Below, in pieces: positions 9,169-19,108 of a stretch of 64,000 nt of DNA. Each line of letters opens with the position of its first letter. Positions within the stretch are counted from its first letter, which is position 1. Below the pieces are notes generated by a model. That model saw nothing but the letters and a program-made list of their open reading frames with translations, was not told the origin of the DNA and did no database searches. The position numbers and the translations under genes were made by a program. This DNA is from a virus (lineage: Duplodnaviria; Caudoviricetes), in IMG/VR virus record IMGVR_UViG_3300033121_000719, positions 1 to 64,000 of that record; one strand, written 5' to 3'.

Positions 9169-9360
9169 ATGGCAACATTTATAAAATCTATTCATGACGG
9201 GCAACCAAATTATCTTGCGTTGTCAACTGAAATTTCTGGATCAAAAATTAGTGATGTTGGTATTATTGGTGCTATCGTATATATGACTGACACCAAAAAA
9301 AATTATATTGTATTGAATGATTTAACTTTAGTCCAATATAACGTAACCACTGGAAGTTAA
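9169..9360 (+). CDS. Hypothetical protein
   Basis: AGGAGG RBS; 63 aa. Confidence 0.7.
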   Translation: MATFIKSIHDGQPNYLALSTEISGSKISDVGIIGAIVYMTDTKKNYIVLNDLTLVQYNVTTGS

Positions 9361-9371
9361 AATAAAAACGT

Positions 9372-9443
9372 TGCGAGTTAGAGTAGTGGTTAACTCACGA
9401 GAATCATAATCTTGTTACATGGGTTCAAATCCCATACTCGCTA
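9372..9443 (+). tRNA. tRNA with CAT anticodon (Met; unpaired 1:72 is initiator-like)
   Basis: Cloverleaf: TGCGAGT/ACTCGCT, GAGT/ACTC, CGAGA-ATCATAA-TCTTG, ATGGG-TTCAAAT-CCCAT. Confidence 0.85.
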
Positions 9444-9450
9444 CTATATT

Positions 9451-9482
9451 GCTGGAATAGCTCAATAGGCAGAGCTTCTGTT
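9451..9482 (+). pseudogene. 5'-half tRNA fragment
   Basis: GCTGGAA-TA-GCTC-AATAGGCA-GAGC (acceptor 5' strand + D-arm); no 3' half found. Confidence 0.55.
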
Positions 9483-9498
9483 AATATCTCTGCAAAAT

Positions 9499-9570
9499 GC
9501 AGGAATAAATTCAATGGCAGAATTTTGGTTTTGTATACTAAAGATGAGGGTTCGACCCCCTCTTCCTGCT
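9499..9570 (+). tRNA. tRNA-Thr(TGT)
   Basis: GCAGGAA/TTCCTGC acceptor, TTGGT-TTTGTAT-ACTAA anticodon arm, GAGGG-TTCGACC-CCCTC T-arm. Confidence 0.85.
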
Positions 9571-9662
9571 TTACAAGAAGATAGGTTGGCTTAATTACCC
9601 AACTGACAAGTGAACCTCACACTTCTTCTTTTTCAATTTTATTGAGGTTGAGAGGAATTTTA

Positions 9663-10256
9663 ATGCGAAAAGTTTCAGAAGATGGTTTAAGAAAAATAAA
9701 CGAAGCAAGACAAAGAGGAATAGAGACATCAAAAAAGAAAAAAGAACAGAGGATTAAGGAATATTACGAAAATCCTAAATGTTGTAAAACCTGTGGAAAT
9801 CCAATTAGGTATGAAGTAAAGACCAGTAATGATTATTGCTCGCACGTTTGCGGAGGATATCATGATAGTCCGATTAAAAAACCAAGAAATAATTGTTTGA
9901 ATTGCGGAAAAATGTGCAAAAATATACATTCTATTTATTGTTCAACTAGGTGCTGGAGACAATTACAATCAAAAAAATCAGACATTATTATTGAATCGGA
10001 TAAAAACGTAGGGCAAAGAATGTTGAGAAAATATTTAATGAAAAAACAAGATAGTAAATGCTCCAAGTGTGGTTGGGGTGAAATAAATCCAATTTCTCTT
10101 ACTGTTTGTCTTGATTTGCACCATAAGGATGGAGACTCGAATAATAATGTTTTATCAAATGTTGAATTGATTTGTCCAAATTGTCATTCTTTGACAGACA
10201 CTTATAAAAAGGTTGGAAAAGAAAGAAAAAGTTCTAGAAATAAAAGAAGAAAGTAG
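9663..10256 (+). CDS. Free-standing HNH homing endonuclease with N-terminal Zn-finger repeats
   Basis: CSKC...LHHKDGDSNNN...LICPNCH; likely start is ATG 9663 after GAGAGG. Confidence 0.85.
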   Translation: MRKVSEDGLRKINEARQRGIETSKKKKEQRIKEYYENPKCCKTCGNPIRYEVKTSNDYCSHVCGGYHDSPIKKPRNNCLNCGKMCKNIHSIYCSTRCWRQLQSKKSDIIIESDKNVGQRMLRKYLMKKQDSKCSKCGWGEINPISLTVCLDLHHKDGDSNNNVLSNVELICPNCHSLTDTYKKVGKERKSSRNKRRK

Positions 10257-10321
10257 TATTGGGCAGGGTATAGCGTAACAGGGTGCTTAAATTTTGATAT
10301 ATTATATGCTAAAGGGAGAAT

Positions 10322-10447
10322 ATGAATAATTCTTTTATAGTGGCAATAATCATTAGTTTTGCGTTAGAAGGAGAAAGTATTCCAGATTATATTATGTCTG
10401 GCTTATGGCGCAACAAAATGAGGTACGTTAATGAAATCAATGAATAA
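10322..10447 (+). CDS. 41-aa hypothetical peptide
   Basis: AAGGGAG RBS; MNNSFIVAIII... Confidence 0.4.
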   Translation: MNNSFIVAIIISFALEGESIPDYIMSGLWRNKMRYVNEINE

Positions 10448-10470
10448 AAGGACAGAAAGGATGAATAAAA

Positions 10471-11433
10471 TTGGACAGTAAAATTTTTGATATTGTTTAT
10501 AAAGAGTGGAGTAATCCTGATAGACCAAAGAAGAATTTTTGGCCCATTATGGGTAATAGATTCAATTATGTAAATGCTGAGGCTTGTCGTAGTGATTTTA
10601 AGAATGAAAGAAAAGCGAGAGGGTTGCTTGGTGTTCAAACTGAAAATTTTGAACAAAACAAAAGCAATCACCCTAGAATTCTTTTGTTTGATATTGAGAC
10701 AAGTCCTATTCAGGTTTTGACTTGGGGATTATTTGACCAAAATATAACTCAACAACAAGTCGTTGAAGATTGGCATTTAATGAGTTGGTCAGCTAAATGG
10801 TTGTTTGATGATGATATTGTCACTGAATATTTGACTCCAGATGAAGCCCGCAGGCATGATGATAAAAGATTATGCAAAGGTATTTGGGAAATGTTGGATG
10901 ACGCTGATATTGTGATTGGACATAATATTGAAAAATTTGACTGCAAAAAATTGAATACAAGATTTTTGATGAATGGACTGTTTTCTCCATCACACTATAA
11001 CACGATTGATACTTTGAAGGTTGCTAGAGATAATTTTAGTTTTAGCCGCAATAGCCTAAACTACATTAACGAACAGCTTGGACTCCCCATGAAAACTGAG
11101 ACCAATTTTAAGTTATGGAAAGATGCTTATTTTGGTGATGAGTTAGCCTTGAGGGAACTTGCCAGATACAATGCAAACGATACATCTATTCTTGAAGACT
11201 TGTTCTTAAGATTTAGACCATATATTCGCAATATGCCAAATATGAATATGTGGAATGAAGATAATGTGTCTGTTTGTCCAAACTGTGGAAGTGAAAAAAT
11301 TGTTTGGAATGGAAAATTTTACTATACATTTACTGGAAAATATAAGGCTTTTAGGTGTGACTCTTGCGGTGCGATAGGTAGATCAAGAAAAACAGAAGTT
11401 TCCAAGGAAAAGAGAGAGACTATTGTAAGATAG
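10471..11433 (+). CDS. DEDD 3'-5' exonuclease (RNase H-like) with C-terminal Zn ribbon
   Basis: FDIET, GHNIEKFD, YNAND; CPNC/CDSC. Confidence 0.85.
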   Translation: MDSKIFDIVYKEWSNPDRPKKNFWPIMGNRFNYVNAEACRSDFKNERKARGLLGVQTENFEQNKSNHPRILLFDIETSPIQVLTWGLFDQNITQQQVVEDWHLMSWSAKWLFDDDIVTEYLTPDEARRHDDKRLCKGIWEMLDDADIVIGHNIEKFDCKKLNTRFLMNGLFSPSHYNTIDTLKVARDNFSFSRNSLNYINEQLGLPMKTETNFKLWKDAYFGDELALRELARYNANDTSILEDLFLRFRPYIRNMPNMNMWNEDNVSVCPNCGSEKIVWNGKFYYTFTGKYKAFRCDSCGAIGRSRKTEVSKEKRETIVR

Positions 11434-11471
11434 TCTCTTTTTATTTAAAATTCATCAAGGAGGAACTTACA

Positions 11472-12299
11472 TTGTACACTGGCATTAGAGAGTTGACGTT
11501 AGCAGATGAAGAGTTTCAGAAATTATATGAGGATGGTTCTAGTTATGGTTTTTATAAAAATGAATACGTTCTCATAAAAGATTCAAGTGGGGTTTCAAAA
11601 GACTGGCGAAAGTGGGATGGCGAAAAACTAATTCCGCTACGATGGAAACAAATTGATAATGACTATTTTGGGAAAATAAGGCCACTTAATGACGAACAAA
11701 GATTTTTGTTTGACATGCTTCAAGATGAAGCTATTATTGGAAAATTAGTCCAAGGTGGATTTGGAAGTGGCAAAACATTCTTAAGTCTAAGCTGGGCTTT
11801 AGATTCAATCAGTGAGAGAAAGCCAAAATATGATAAAATTTGTTATGTCAGAAACCCAATTGAAGTAAAAGACGTTCCAAACCTTGGTGCTTTACCATCT
11901 GATTTAAATGCTAAATTGTTGCCTTGGGCAATGCCTATTGTTGATATTTTAGGTGATGAATCTATTTTTGAAGAGTATGTTCTTCGTGGTAAAATTGTTC
12001 TTGACCATTTGGGCTTTATTAGAGGTAGGTCTTTTAAGAGAACTATCGTCTATGTCAACGAGTGTCAAAATATTTCCAAATATCATTTAGCTTTACTTAT
12101 TTCAAGAATTGGTGAAGGTAGTTGTTTGATTATGGATGGGGATATTAGACAGGTTGATAAAGAAATTTTCAGCAAAAAGTCTGGAATGGCTTCAATGTCT
12201 GAAGCTCTAAAAGGCAATCCAATGTTTGGTATGGTAACATTAAAGAAAAATGAGAGAAGCGCTTTTGCTTCTTTGGCTGATGTTTTGATGGAAGCGTGA
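11472..12299 (+). CDS. phoH: PhoH-family ATPase
   Basis: GGFGSGKT, LGALP, FIRGRSF, NECQN, SRIGEG, GDIRQVD. Confidence 0.92.
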   Translation: MYTGIRELTLADEEFQKLYEDGSSYGFYKNEYVLIKDSSGVSKDWRKWDGEKLIPLRWKQIDNDYFGKIRPLNDEQRFLFDMLQDEAIIGKLVQGGFGSGKTFLSLSWALDSISERKPKYDKICYVRNPIEVKDVPNLGALPSDLNAKLLPWAMPIVDILGDESIFEEYVLRGKIVLDHLGFIRGRSFKRTIVYVNECQNISKYHLALLISRIGEGSCLIMDGDIRQVDKEIFSKKSGMASMSEALKGNPMFGMVTLKKNERSAFASLADVLMEA

Positions 12300-12300
12300 T

Positions 12301-12894
12301 ATGGAAGAAAATATATCCTACTCTCAAAACATAATTGAAAATATGAAGTTAGAAGCGTACATGCATGATAGGATTATCTATTTAGAAGGAACTATAGATA
12401 GCAATAGTAGCTTGATGACCAATAGAATGTTTTACAACTTAAAGAAATCAGATACTGTTTTTGGAGAAAAAAGACCAATTTCAGTTTATATAGATTCTTT
12501 GGGTGGTAGTGTACATTCAGCTTTGTCCATAATATCTACTATTGAGTCTATGAAACAAGATGGATATATTATTGATACTTACGCTTTTAGTGAGTGTATG
12601 TCTGCCGCTGTGAATATTTTTATTTGTGGTTCAACCAGATATGCACAAAAATATACTAGGTTTATGATACACCTGCCATCATTATATACTGAATCTGGTA
12701 GTTTGTCAAGTCTTGATAAGACTAGAAAAGTTACAGAGGATTTGGATGATTTATGGAATAAAATGACTGAACTCATGAAAAAGCATAGTAAAATTCCACA
12801 AAGTGTTTTGGATGAAGTTACAAAACATGATGTTGAAAAACTATTCTGGACGGATGAAGCAGTTACGTTTGGCATGGTTGATAAAATATTATAA
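12301..12894 (+). CDS. clpP: ClpP-family protease
   Basis: YIDSLGGSV, CMSAA (Ser), RFMIH (His), EAVTFGMVDKI. Confidence 0.9.
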   Translation: MEENISYSQNIIENMKLEAYMHDRIIYLEGTIDSNSSLMTNRMFYNLKKSDTVFGEKRPISVYIDSLGGSVHSALSIISTIESMKQDGYIIDTYAFSECMSAAVNIFICGSTRYAQKYTRFMIHLPSLYTESGSLSSLDKTRKVTEDLDDLWNKMTELMKKHSKIPQSVLDEVTKHDVEKLFWTDEAVTFGMVDKIL

Positions 12895-12913
12895 AAGGAA
12901 TAAAAGGAATGTT

Positions 12914-13225
12914 ATGACAAAGTGTGAAAATTGTGAAAATTGTTCTGGCGAAGATATTACTGATGAAATGATTGAAAAACAACTTCCTGAAGAAGATGAA
13001 CAATTTGGATTGTTTATTGAGGAAGAACCATTTATGGATGGAGTTAAGGCTGGTTCTTTTTATGCTGGCTTTTATCAATCATTGATTGGAAATATACCAG
13101 AAGAATCTGCTATACAAATTTTATTAAAATATATGGACAATGTTGGGAATCTTGAATCTATTACTAGAAGTGGACAATGTAATTTTGAGATAGCTAAACT
13201 TGATTCTCAAAAAATTTCTTTGTGA
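12914..13225 (+). CDS. Acidic hypothetical protein
   Basis: Likely start MTKCENC after AAGGA. Confidence 0.7.
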   Translation: MTKCENCENCSGEDITDEMIEKQLPEEDEQFGLFIEEEPFMDGVKAGSFYAGFYQSLIGNIPEESAIQILLKYMDNVGNLESITRSGQCNFEIAKLDSQKISL

Positions 13226-13235
13226 GGAATAAAAA

Positions 13236-14261
13236 ATGAACAAACCACGTTTGGCTAGAACTTCCTCAAAAACAAAAGAAACTCCAGTAAAAGGAAGACC
13301 ATCTGTTAGTATAAGTGTTTTCTGCCGTAAATGTGGTGATAAAAGACCAGAACGCGAATTTTATCCAACAACGTCTCCCCATCTTGATGCAAATGGGTAT
13401 TGTCCATTTTGTAAAAAATGTCACGGACTAATTTACTCAAATCATTTTAATGCATATCAGGATATCTCAAGAGCTTTGTACGAAACTTGCAGAGATGTTG
13501 ATTTTATATATAGAGAAGATGCTGTAACAAAAGTCCTCAGTCGTTTGAAAGAAATGACTGATAGAGAAATACAAGAAGAAGGACTTAATGTATTTGCTTT
13601 GTATAGAAAGTTCATCATGTCCTATTTAGACAAAGATGAGAGAAGTGATGGATTTAGATTCGCTTCAAGTGATAAGATTACTAAAATTTACGACATTCCA
13701 GATGAAAATGGAATAAAAAAAGAAGTAAATACGGCAGAGAGAGCTAGAAATCTTGAAAAGGTTTGGGGGATTGGAAAACCTTTATGGGAGTATGAATATC
13801 TTCAAGAAGATTTGGAAAAGATGCAAAAATCTTTTGAGTGTCCAGACTATGGAATGGAACTCATTATGAAAGATATTTGTCATTTAAATCTTGATATTGA
13901 AAAAGCTCGCAGAGAAGGACAATCAAGTTCAACTCTAAAATTGATTGAAGCAAGAACAAAGTTGATGGGTGAAGCTAAAATGAAACCTATTCAATCTAAT
14001 GGTCTTGAAGCAAATGAAACAGTAACATTTGGAACTTTGCTTGAAAGAATTGAAAATAACAAGCCAATTCCAAAACATCCTGATAATGAAATGAAAAAAT
14101 ATATAGACACTTATTTTGTGGGACAGATAGCAAGAATAGAAAATCTTGACGATCCTGCTGTTGACAAAATGTTAAGTGATCTTGAAGAATATACTATAGA
14201 TCAAACAAGTCTCAAACAATTGTTTGATGGCGAAGAAGTAAGTGAGGAATCTGATGCCTAG
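13236..14261 (+). CDS. Zn-finger protein upstream of TerL (YonG-like; candidate terminase small subunit)
   Basis: CRKC...CPFCKKC; synteny. Confidence 0.55.
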   Translation: MNKPRLARTSSKTKETPVKGRPSVSISVFCRKCGDKRPEREFYPTTSPHLDANGYCPFCKKCHGLIYSNHFNAYQDISRALYETCRDVDFIYREDAVTKVLSRLKEMTDREIQEEGLNVFALYRKFIMSYLDKDERSDGFRFASSDKITKIYDIPDENGIKKEVNTAERARNLEKVWGIGKPLWEYEYLQEDLEKMQKSFECPDYGMELIMKDICHLNLDIEKARREGQSSSTLKLIEARTKLMGEAKMKPIQSNGLEANETVTFGTLLERIENNKPIPKHPDNEMKKYIDTYFVGQIARIENLDDPAVDKMLSDLEEYTIDQTSLKQLFDGEEVSEESDA

Positions 14262-14643
14262 GGGAAGACCAACAACGTCTGGATTGACGAAAACTGGACT
14301 TGGACATCAGGTTCAAAAAAAGTCTGTCGTGACACCTTTTTTTACTCAAAAGGCTACTGAAGGACTTGACCCATTTATTGAAAATCCATCAAAAGTTAGC
14401 AGGATGATGGAAGGTGTTGAGACTTGGGGTTCATACTATAGAGAATATCCAGAAGTGTTTTGTGAAGAACACTTAGGAATTTCTCTCAGGCCATTTCAAA
14501 AAGTATTGTTATATAGTATGATGAAAAATAACTATAGTATGTTTTTAGCTAGTCGTGGCCTTGGGAAGACATTTTTGACTGCACTGTACTGTGTTGTTAG
14601 ATGTATTTTATACCCAGGCACTAAAATTGTAGTGGCAAGTGGT
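14254..14643 (+). CDS. Terminase large subunit, exon 1
   Basis: LRPFQ, Walker A ASRGLGKT, YPGTKIVVASG. Confidence 0.9.
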
Positions 14644-14986
14644 GGATAAAAAATGAATTATAAATTTTGGAATGAAGAAGAATTAAAAATTCTGAAATAT
14701 CATTAGACAGAAAATACGAAAAATATTTACAATTCATTAACGCCGTTTGATATAGTAATATGTCAAATTATGATTGGGTAAAGACGGTGAATTCCTCCAT
14801 AATTGGAAAATACCGTGATAATCTTTTGGATAGCGAAAGGTCAAAAGATATCGTAACGCGTAGAGGTGAATAAATATAACCCTCCAAGAGTACCCAATAT
14901 CCTATTAGGATAAAAATGTACGCTGAACTTGTATGATGGAAAAATACAAGAATATATGGATAAAAAGCCATATAGATAACAAATTG
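14644..14986 (+). mobile_element. Group I intron 1 in terL (343 nt) carrying an eroded homing-endonuclease remnant
   Basis: 5' site after U, ends in G; IGS GCCGTTT pairs with AAGTGGT, TTAAC pairs with 3' exon GTTAA; P7 GTAACGCGT/GTACGCTGAAC; splicing restores ASG|VKSQA. Confidence 0.88.
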
Positions 14987-15527
14987 GTTAAATCCCAAGC
15001 TATGAAAATAGTTAGTGAAAAAATACCAGAACTAATGAATTTATCAAAAACTGGAATGTTAAAGAGAGAGATATTAGGTAACGTCAGAACAAACTTAAAT
15101 AGTGATGATCCAAATGTTGTGTTTAGAAATCATTCTTGGATAAAAATTGTATCATCAACTGACAATGCTAGAAGTGCTAGGGCGAATCTGCTAATTTTAG
15201 ATGAATTCCGCATGGTTAAACCAGAAATATACACATTGGTTTTGAGACGATTTTTGTCTAACTCAAGGCAGCCAGGGTTTTTAAGTAAACCTGAATATAA
15301 AAAAAGACCAGAGTTACAAGAAAGAAATCAGGAAATATTTTTGACTTCTTGCTATTATAAATACAACTGGTCTTATCAAAGATATAAAGTATTCTTAAAA
15401 AATATGTTAGAAGGTAAAGGTTATTTTGTTGTTGGTCTACCTTATCAGGTAGCCATCAAAGAAGGACTTAGTTCAAAAGAACAACTTTTAGATGAAATAA
15501 AAGAAGATGATTTTGACGAAATAGCAT
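14987..15527 (+). CDS. Terminase large subunit, exon 2
   Basis: NARSARANLLILDEFR (Walker B), FLTS. Confidence 0.9.
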
Positions 15528-15769
15528 TAATATCATGGTGCTATAAAAATTCTGTGAACCCTATTGCTCAGGGGTGTGTGACTAAACGTCATGCTAACAG
15601 GGAACTCCCATTGGGACAATCCTGTGCCAAGTCACTTAAAAAAGTGAAAGGTGAAACGACTATCTCTTACGAGAGTACAATGTAGGACGAGCTAACATTG
15701 GAAGCGCAGAACGTTAATAAAAAATTAACGATGATATAGTCTACGCACATAGTAATATGTGAATACGTG
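15528..15769 (+). mobile_element. Group I intron 2 in terL (242 nt, no ORF)
   Basis: P1 TAGCAT/GTGCTA; AATCCTGTGCCAAG, GAAACGACTA, GATATAGTCTA core; splicing restores EIA-F-DMEM. Confidence 0.9.
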
Positions 15770-16791
15770 TCGATATGGAGATGAATTGTTTGTTTTTTGG
15801 TGAAAGTCAAAATGCTTACTTTAAGTATGATGAACTTAGCAAGTGCAGGACACTACAAAAACCAAATGTTCCATTTACAGATCAACAGTTTATAGAAACA
15901 AAAGGTGACCCAAGAAAATTGCCATTTTTTAGGCCAAAAATGCAGAATGAAACACGCATTTTATCTGTTGATTTAGCCCTCTTAGGAGGTAAAGCTAATG
16001 ATGCAACTCAATATATGATTATGAGTATGGTTCCAAATGGCGATAATTTTATAAAGTCAGTTGAGTATCTAGAATCTGCTGATGGTGGAAACACTGAACT
16101 TCAAGCGTTCAGAACAAAACAATTATTTTATGATGCCAATTGTGATGTTTGTGTCATTGACACACACGGCAACGGGATTGGCGTATATGATATATGCACT
16201 AAAGAAACTCTTGATGAGGCTAGAAACATTACGTACCCGCCTTGGGTTGCAATGAATGATGAAAATAAAGGCATCATCAGAGCATTGGATAAAAATGCAA
16301 TTCCAGTAGTGTATAGTATTACTACATCAGGGTTAAGCGCAAATGCAATTTTACATGAAATGTACACTTACGCTAAGGTTCAAATTGAAAGAAAGAAAGT
16401 GAAACTTTTGATAAATGAACTTGATGCTAAAGAGTATCTGATTGACAACTATGAATATATGATGAAGCCAGCCTATGAACAGGCACGTATGCTTTTACCA
16501 TATGCTCAAACAACAAGACTTATATCAGAACTTACACAAATGGAATCTGAACTAAAAAATGGATACATAAAATTAACTGAACCATCTGGAAAAAGAAAAG
16601 ATAGAGCTATGTGTTTCTTTTATGGGCTTTATTATATTAGAATTTTAGAGTCGGAATTAAAAAAGAAATCGCAAAAAGAAGATATATCTTCAATGTTTAA
16701 ATCGTCACAAGTGACGAGACAAAGCATATCTCCATTTGGTAATTCAATGAATCCATTTGGTAAAACTGGAAACCCATTTGGAAGAAGATAA
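15770..16791 (+). CDS. Terminase large subunit, exon 3 (nuclease domain); spliced product about 650 aa
   Basis: SVDLAL..ND, IDTHGNG, RKDR motifs. Confidence 0.9.
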
Positions 16792-16792
16792 A

Positions 16793-17176
16793 ATGATATA
16801 TAAAATTTTGATAGATGGTATTGACTTATTTAAAAAGTCAATGAATATATTTAAAGAGGAAAAAGGCTTCATCTATGTTGATGGAGTCTTTTTCGTAAAT
16901 TCAAGTAAATCAAAAGTTGAATTATCAGATATGCTTGATAAATTAAAAATAAAAGGTGAACTTTTCTTTGTTCAAGAAGTTGAAAAAGAAAAGACATATT
17001 TATTTTCAGATTCTGTCAAGTCATGGATAGACTATCAATTTAAACTTGAAGAAAGAGAACAAGCAACTCTAAATAACTTGGAAATTTATAATGATTTTTT
17101 AACATTCTTAGAGAAAGAGATAAATAAAGGCAACTTTATTAAAAATAAGGATGTAGAAAGGAGCGAAGATGGGTAG
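16793..17176 (+). CDS. Hypothetical protein
   Basis: ORF between terL and portal. Confidence 0.7.
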   Translation: MIYKILIDGIDLFKKSMNIFKEEKGFIYVDGVFFVNSSKSKVELSDMLDKLKIKGELFFVQEVEKEKTYLFSDSVKSWIDYQFKLEEREQATLNNLEIYNDFLTFLEKEINKGNFIKNKDVERSEDG

Positions 17177-18947
17177 ACCTAAAAAAAATATTTCAACTCC
17201 TATTGAACAAAAAACTATTACTCAAACAACAGAGCAGAAAATAGAAAACATAAAAAATAGATGGAATGAAATCTTTTCAAACTTTTCAAACGTTGATTAT
17301 ATTGCCGCAATGCAAACTTGGTATACAAGCAATCCATACGTTCAAAACGATAGATTAAAAAACCTAAAAACAAATCCCGTGTTTGTTGACAGAGAAACGC
17401 TTGAAAGTAGTTTGCAGTCTCCACAAAATAATGAACGCTCTCTACGTCAAATGTCTTGGTCATTATTAGCTAATACATATCCTTATTATAAAATATTAAG
17501 AATGTATGCTGATATATTAACGTACAAGCATTATGCTTATCCTAAGTTTGTTACAAAAGAAGAGATGGATACTCCTAGGTTCAAGTCAGATTCTAAAATA
17601 GTCAGTATGTTAATTGATAAAATTCAGCCTGAGTATAATTTTAGAAGAATTGTTCTTGAAACGATGATTGAAGGAAAAAGAGCTTATACAGTTAGAATTA
17701 AAGTAGATACTACAACTGGAAAAGAAAATGTATCACACTTTTTATTACAAGAACTTCCTTCAAACTGGTGGAGACCTGTCGCCAAAAGTGACGCATCTTA
17801 TTATGTTCCATCTTTTGATTTTACTTATTTTTGGCAAGCTGGTACAAGCATAAAACAATTTCCTCCTGAGTTTGCAAAATATTATGAGGAGTTAATGTTT
17901 GTTTCAATTAAAGACAAAAATGGTAATTGGGATTTAGATGAAAATAAAATGCCAGACCTCAAGGAAAAGGGATTCTTATACGAGAATAAGGGTGGAAAGT
18001 GGTATCTTTGGCACGAGATAGAAGATGGTTTTGTGTTTAGCGCAGATGAATCAAATGCTTGGATGTCTCCAACATTTACTGGTTTGTTTTTAGCTGGACA
18101 AGATTTACAATCATATTATACATTACAAACACAGTTGGCTTCAATTCCTTTATATGGATTGGTAACTGGCGAAATTCCACTTGCTGATGAAAACAAGACA
18201 GGTAACTATGTTAATGATATGAGATTGTCTCCTGATGTTGTAGTTGGTTTGACAAATCAGGCTACATCAATATTGCCCCCAGGCGTCAGTTTTTATGCGG
18301 CTCCATTTCAAAACATGAAATTTGAGCAGTTTGAAGAACAAGTAAATAGCTCAAAAATATATACTGATGCTTTGCAACAATTTTTGGGAAGCAGTGGAAC
18401 AACTGGACTTGTTTCAACCTCAAATAAACCATCAGTAGCACAAGTAAAAGCCGCTGAGAAAATAGAATCCAGATATGCTGATGTGTTCTATGGGCAGTTT
18501 GAGAATTTCATGAATATAGTTTTTAGTAAATATGTAAAACTATCTTTTGTATGGAATTTTAAAATATTTGGTGATGTTTTTAGTGATGAAGATAGAACTC
18601 AGAGATTAAAAGATGGGTTATCTATGGGTATTATTCAACTCATGCCTGAATATTTAGCTATGAGTAACTTGGATATGGAATCTGCAACTGCAATTGGTAA
18701 TTGGGTTGATTCTACTGGATTATACGATCAAATGAAATCATTAACTTCAACGTTCAATTCTAAATCTCAGTCAGGAACAAATGGAAGGCCAGCTAAACCT
18801 GATAGTGAAGTTGATAACGATTCAACTGCGGCAAGCAAAGATGGAGGTCAAAACACTTCAAAGAATAGAAGTTTTGATTTATCTGATACCCAAATGGAAA
18901 CCATAGCTGAACTTGTTCTTGATATGACGGAAGGTAATCAATCATGA
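17169..18947 (+). CDS. Portal protein (YonE-like)
   Basis: Synteny, 592-aa size, C-terminal GRP motif. Confidence 0.75.
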   Translation: MGRPKKNISTPIEQKTITQTTEQKIENIKNRWNEIFSNFSNVDYIAAMQTWYTSNPYVQNDRLKNLKTNPVFVDRETLESSLQSPQNNERSLRQMSWSLLANTYPYYKILRMYADILTYKHYAYPKFVTKEEMDTPRFKSDSKIVSMLIDKIQPEYNFRRIVLETMIEGKRAYTVRIKVDTTTGKENVSHFLLQELPSNWWRPVAKSDASYYVPSFDFTYFWQAGTSIKQFPPEFAKYYEELMFVSIKDKNGNWDLDENKMPDLKEKGFLYENKGGKWYLWHEIEDGFVFSADESNAWMSPTFTGLFLAGQDLQSYYTLQTQLASIPLYGLVTGEIPLADENKTGNYVNDMRLSPDVVVGLTNQATSILPPGVSFYAAPFQNMKFEQFEEQVNSSKIYTDALQQFLGSSGTTGLVSTSNKPSVAQVKAAEKIESRYADVFYGQFENFMNIVFSKYVKLSFVWNFKIFGDVFSDEDRTQRLKDGLSMGIIQLMPEYLAMSNLDMESATAIGNWVDSTGLYDQMKSLTSTFNSKSQSGTNGRPAKPDSEVDNDSTAASKDGGQNTSKNRSFDLSDTQMETIAELVLDMTEGNQS

Positions 18948-19108
18948 TAAAACAAGAATGTGTTCACAAGATTGTTTGGATGAAAAAATGGTTTGGTATT
19001 TTTCCTAAACGTAAAGAAGGAATTTGCACTATTTGTCATAAAGAGTTTTTTATGACAAATGGAAAAATTACTGAAAAGGAGGTAAAAGATGAACGGGAGA
19101 CTGAGTGA
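18944..19108 (+). CDS. 54-aa Cys/His peptide, missed by the ORF track
   Basis: ATGA overlap with the portal stop; CVH...CTICH. Confidence 0.55.
   Translation: MIKQECVHKIVWMKKWFGIFPKRKEGICTICHKEFFMTNGKITEKEVKDERETE

Noticed and set aside
9571-9640. tRNA-associated HDV-like (theta) or hammerhead ribozyme
   Set aside because: Could not fit the nested double pseudoknot or the CTGATGA/GAAA core by eye; kept only as a generic structured leader.
14768-14998. 76-aa minus-strand ORF and the MMEKYK... start of ORF 14933
   Set aside because: Both lie in the group I intron core; the true exon starts at 14987.
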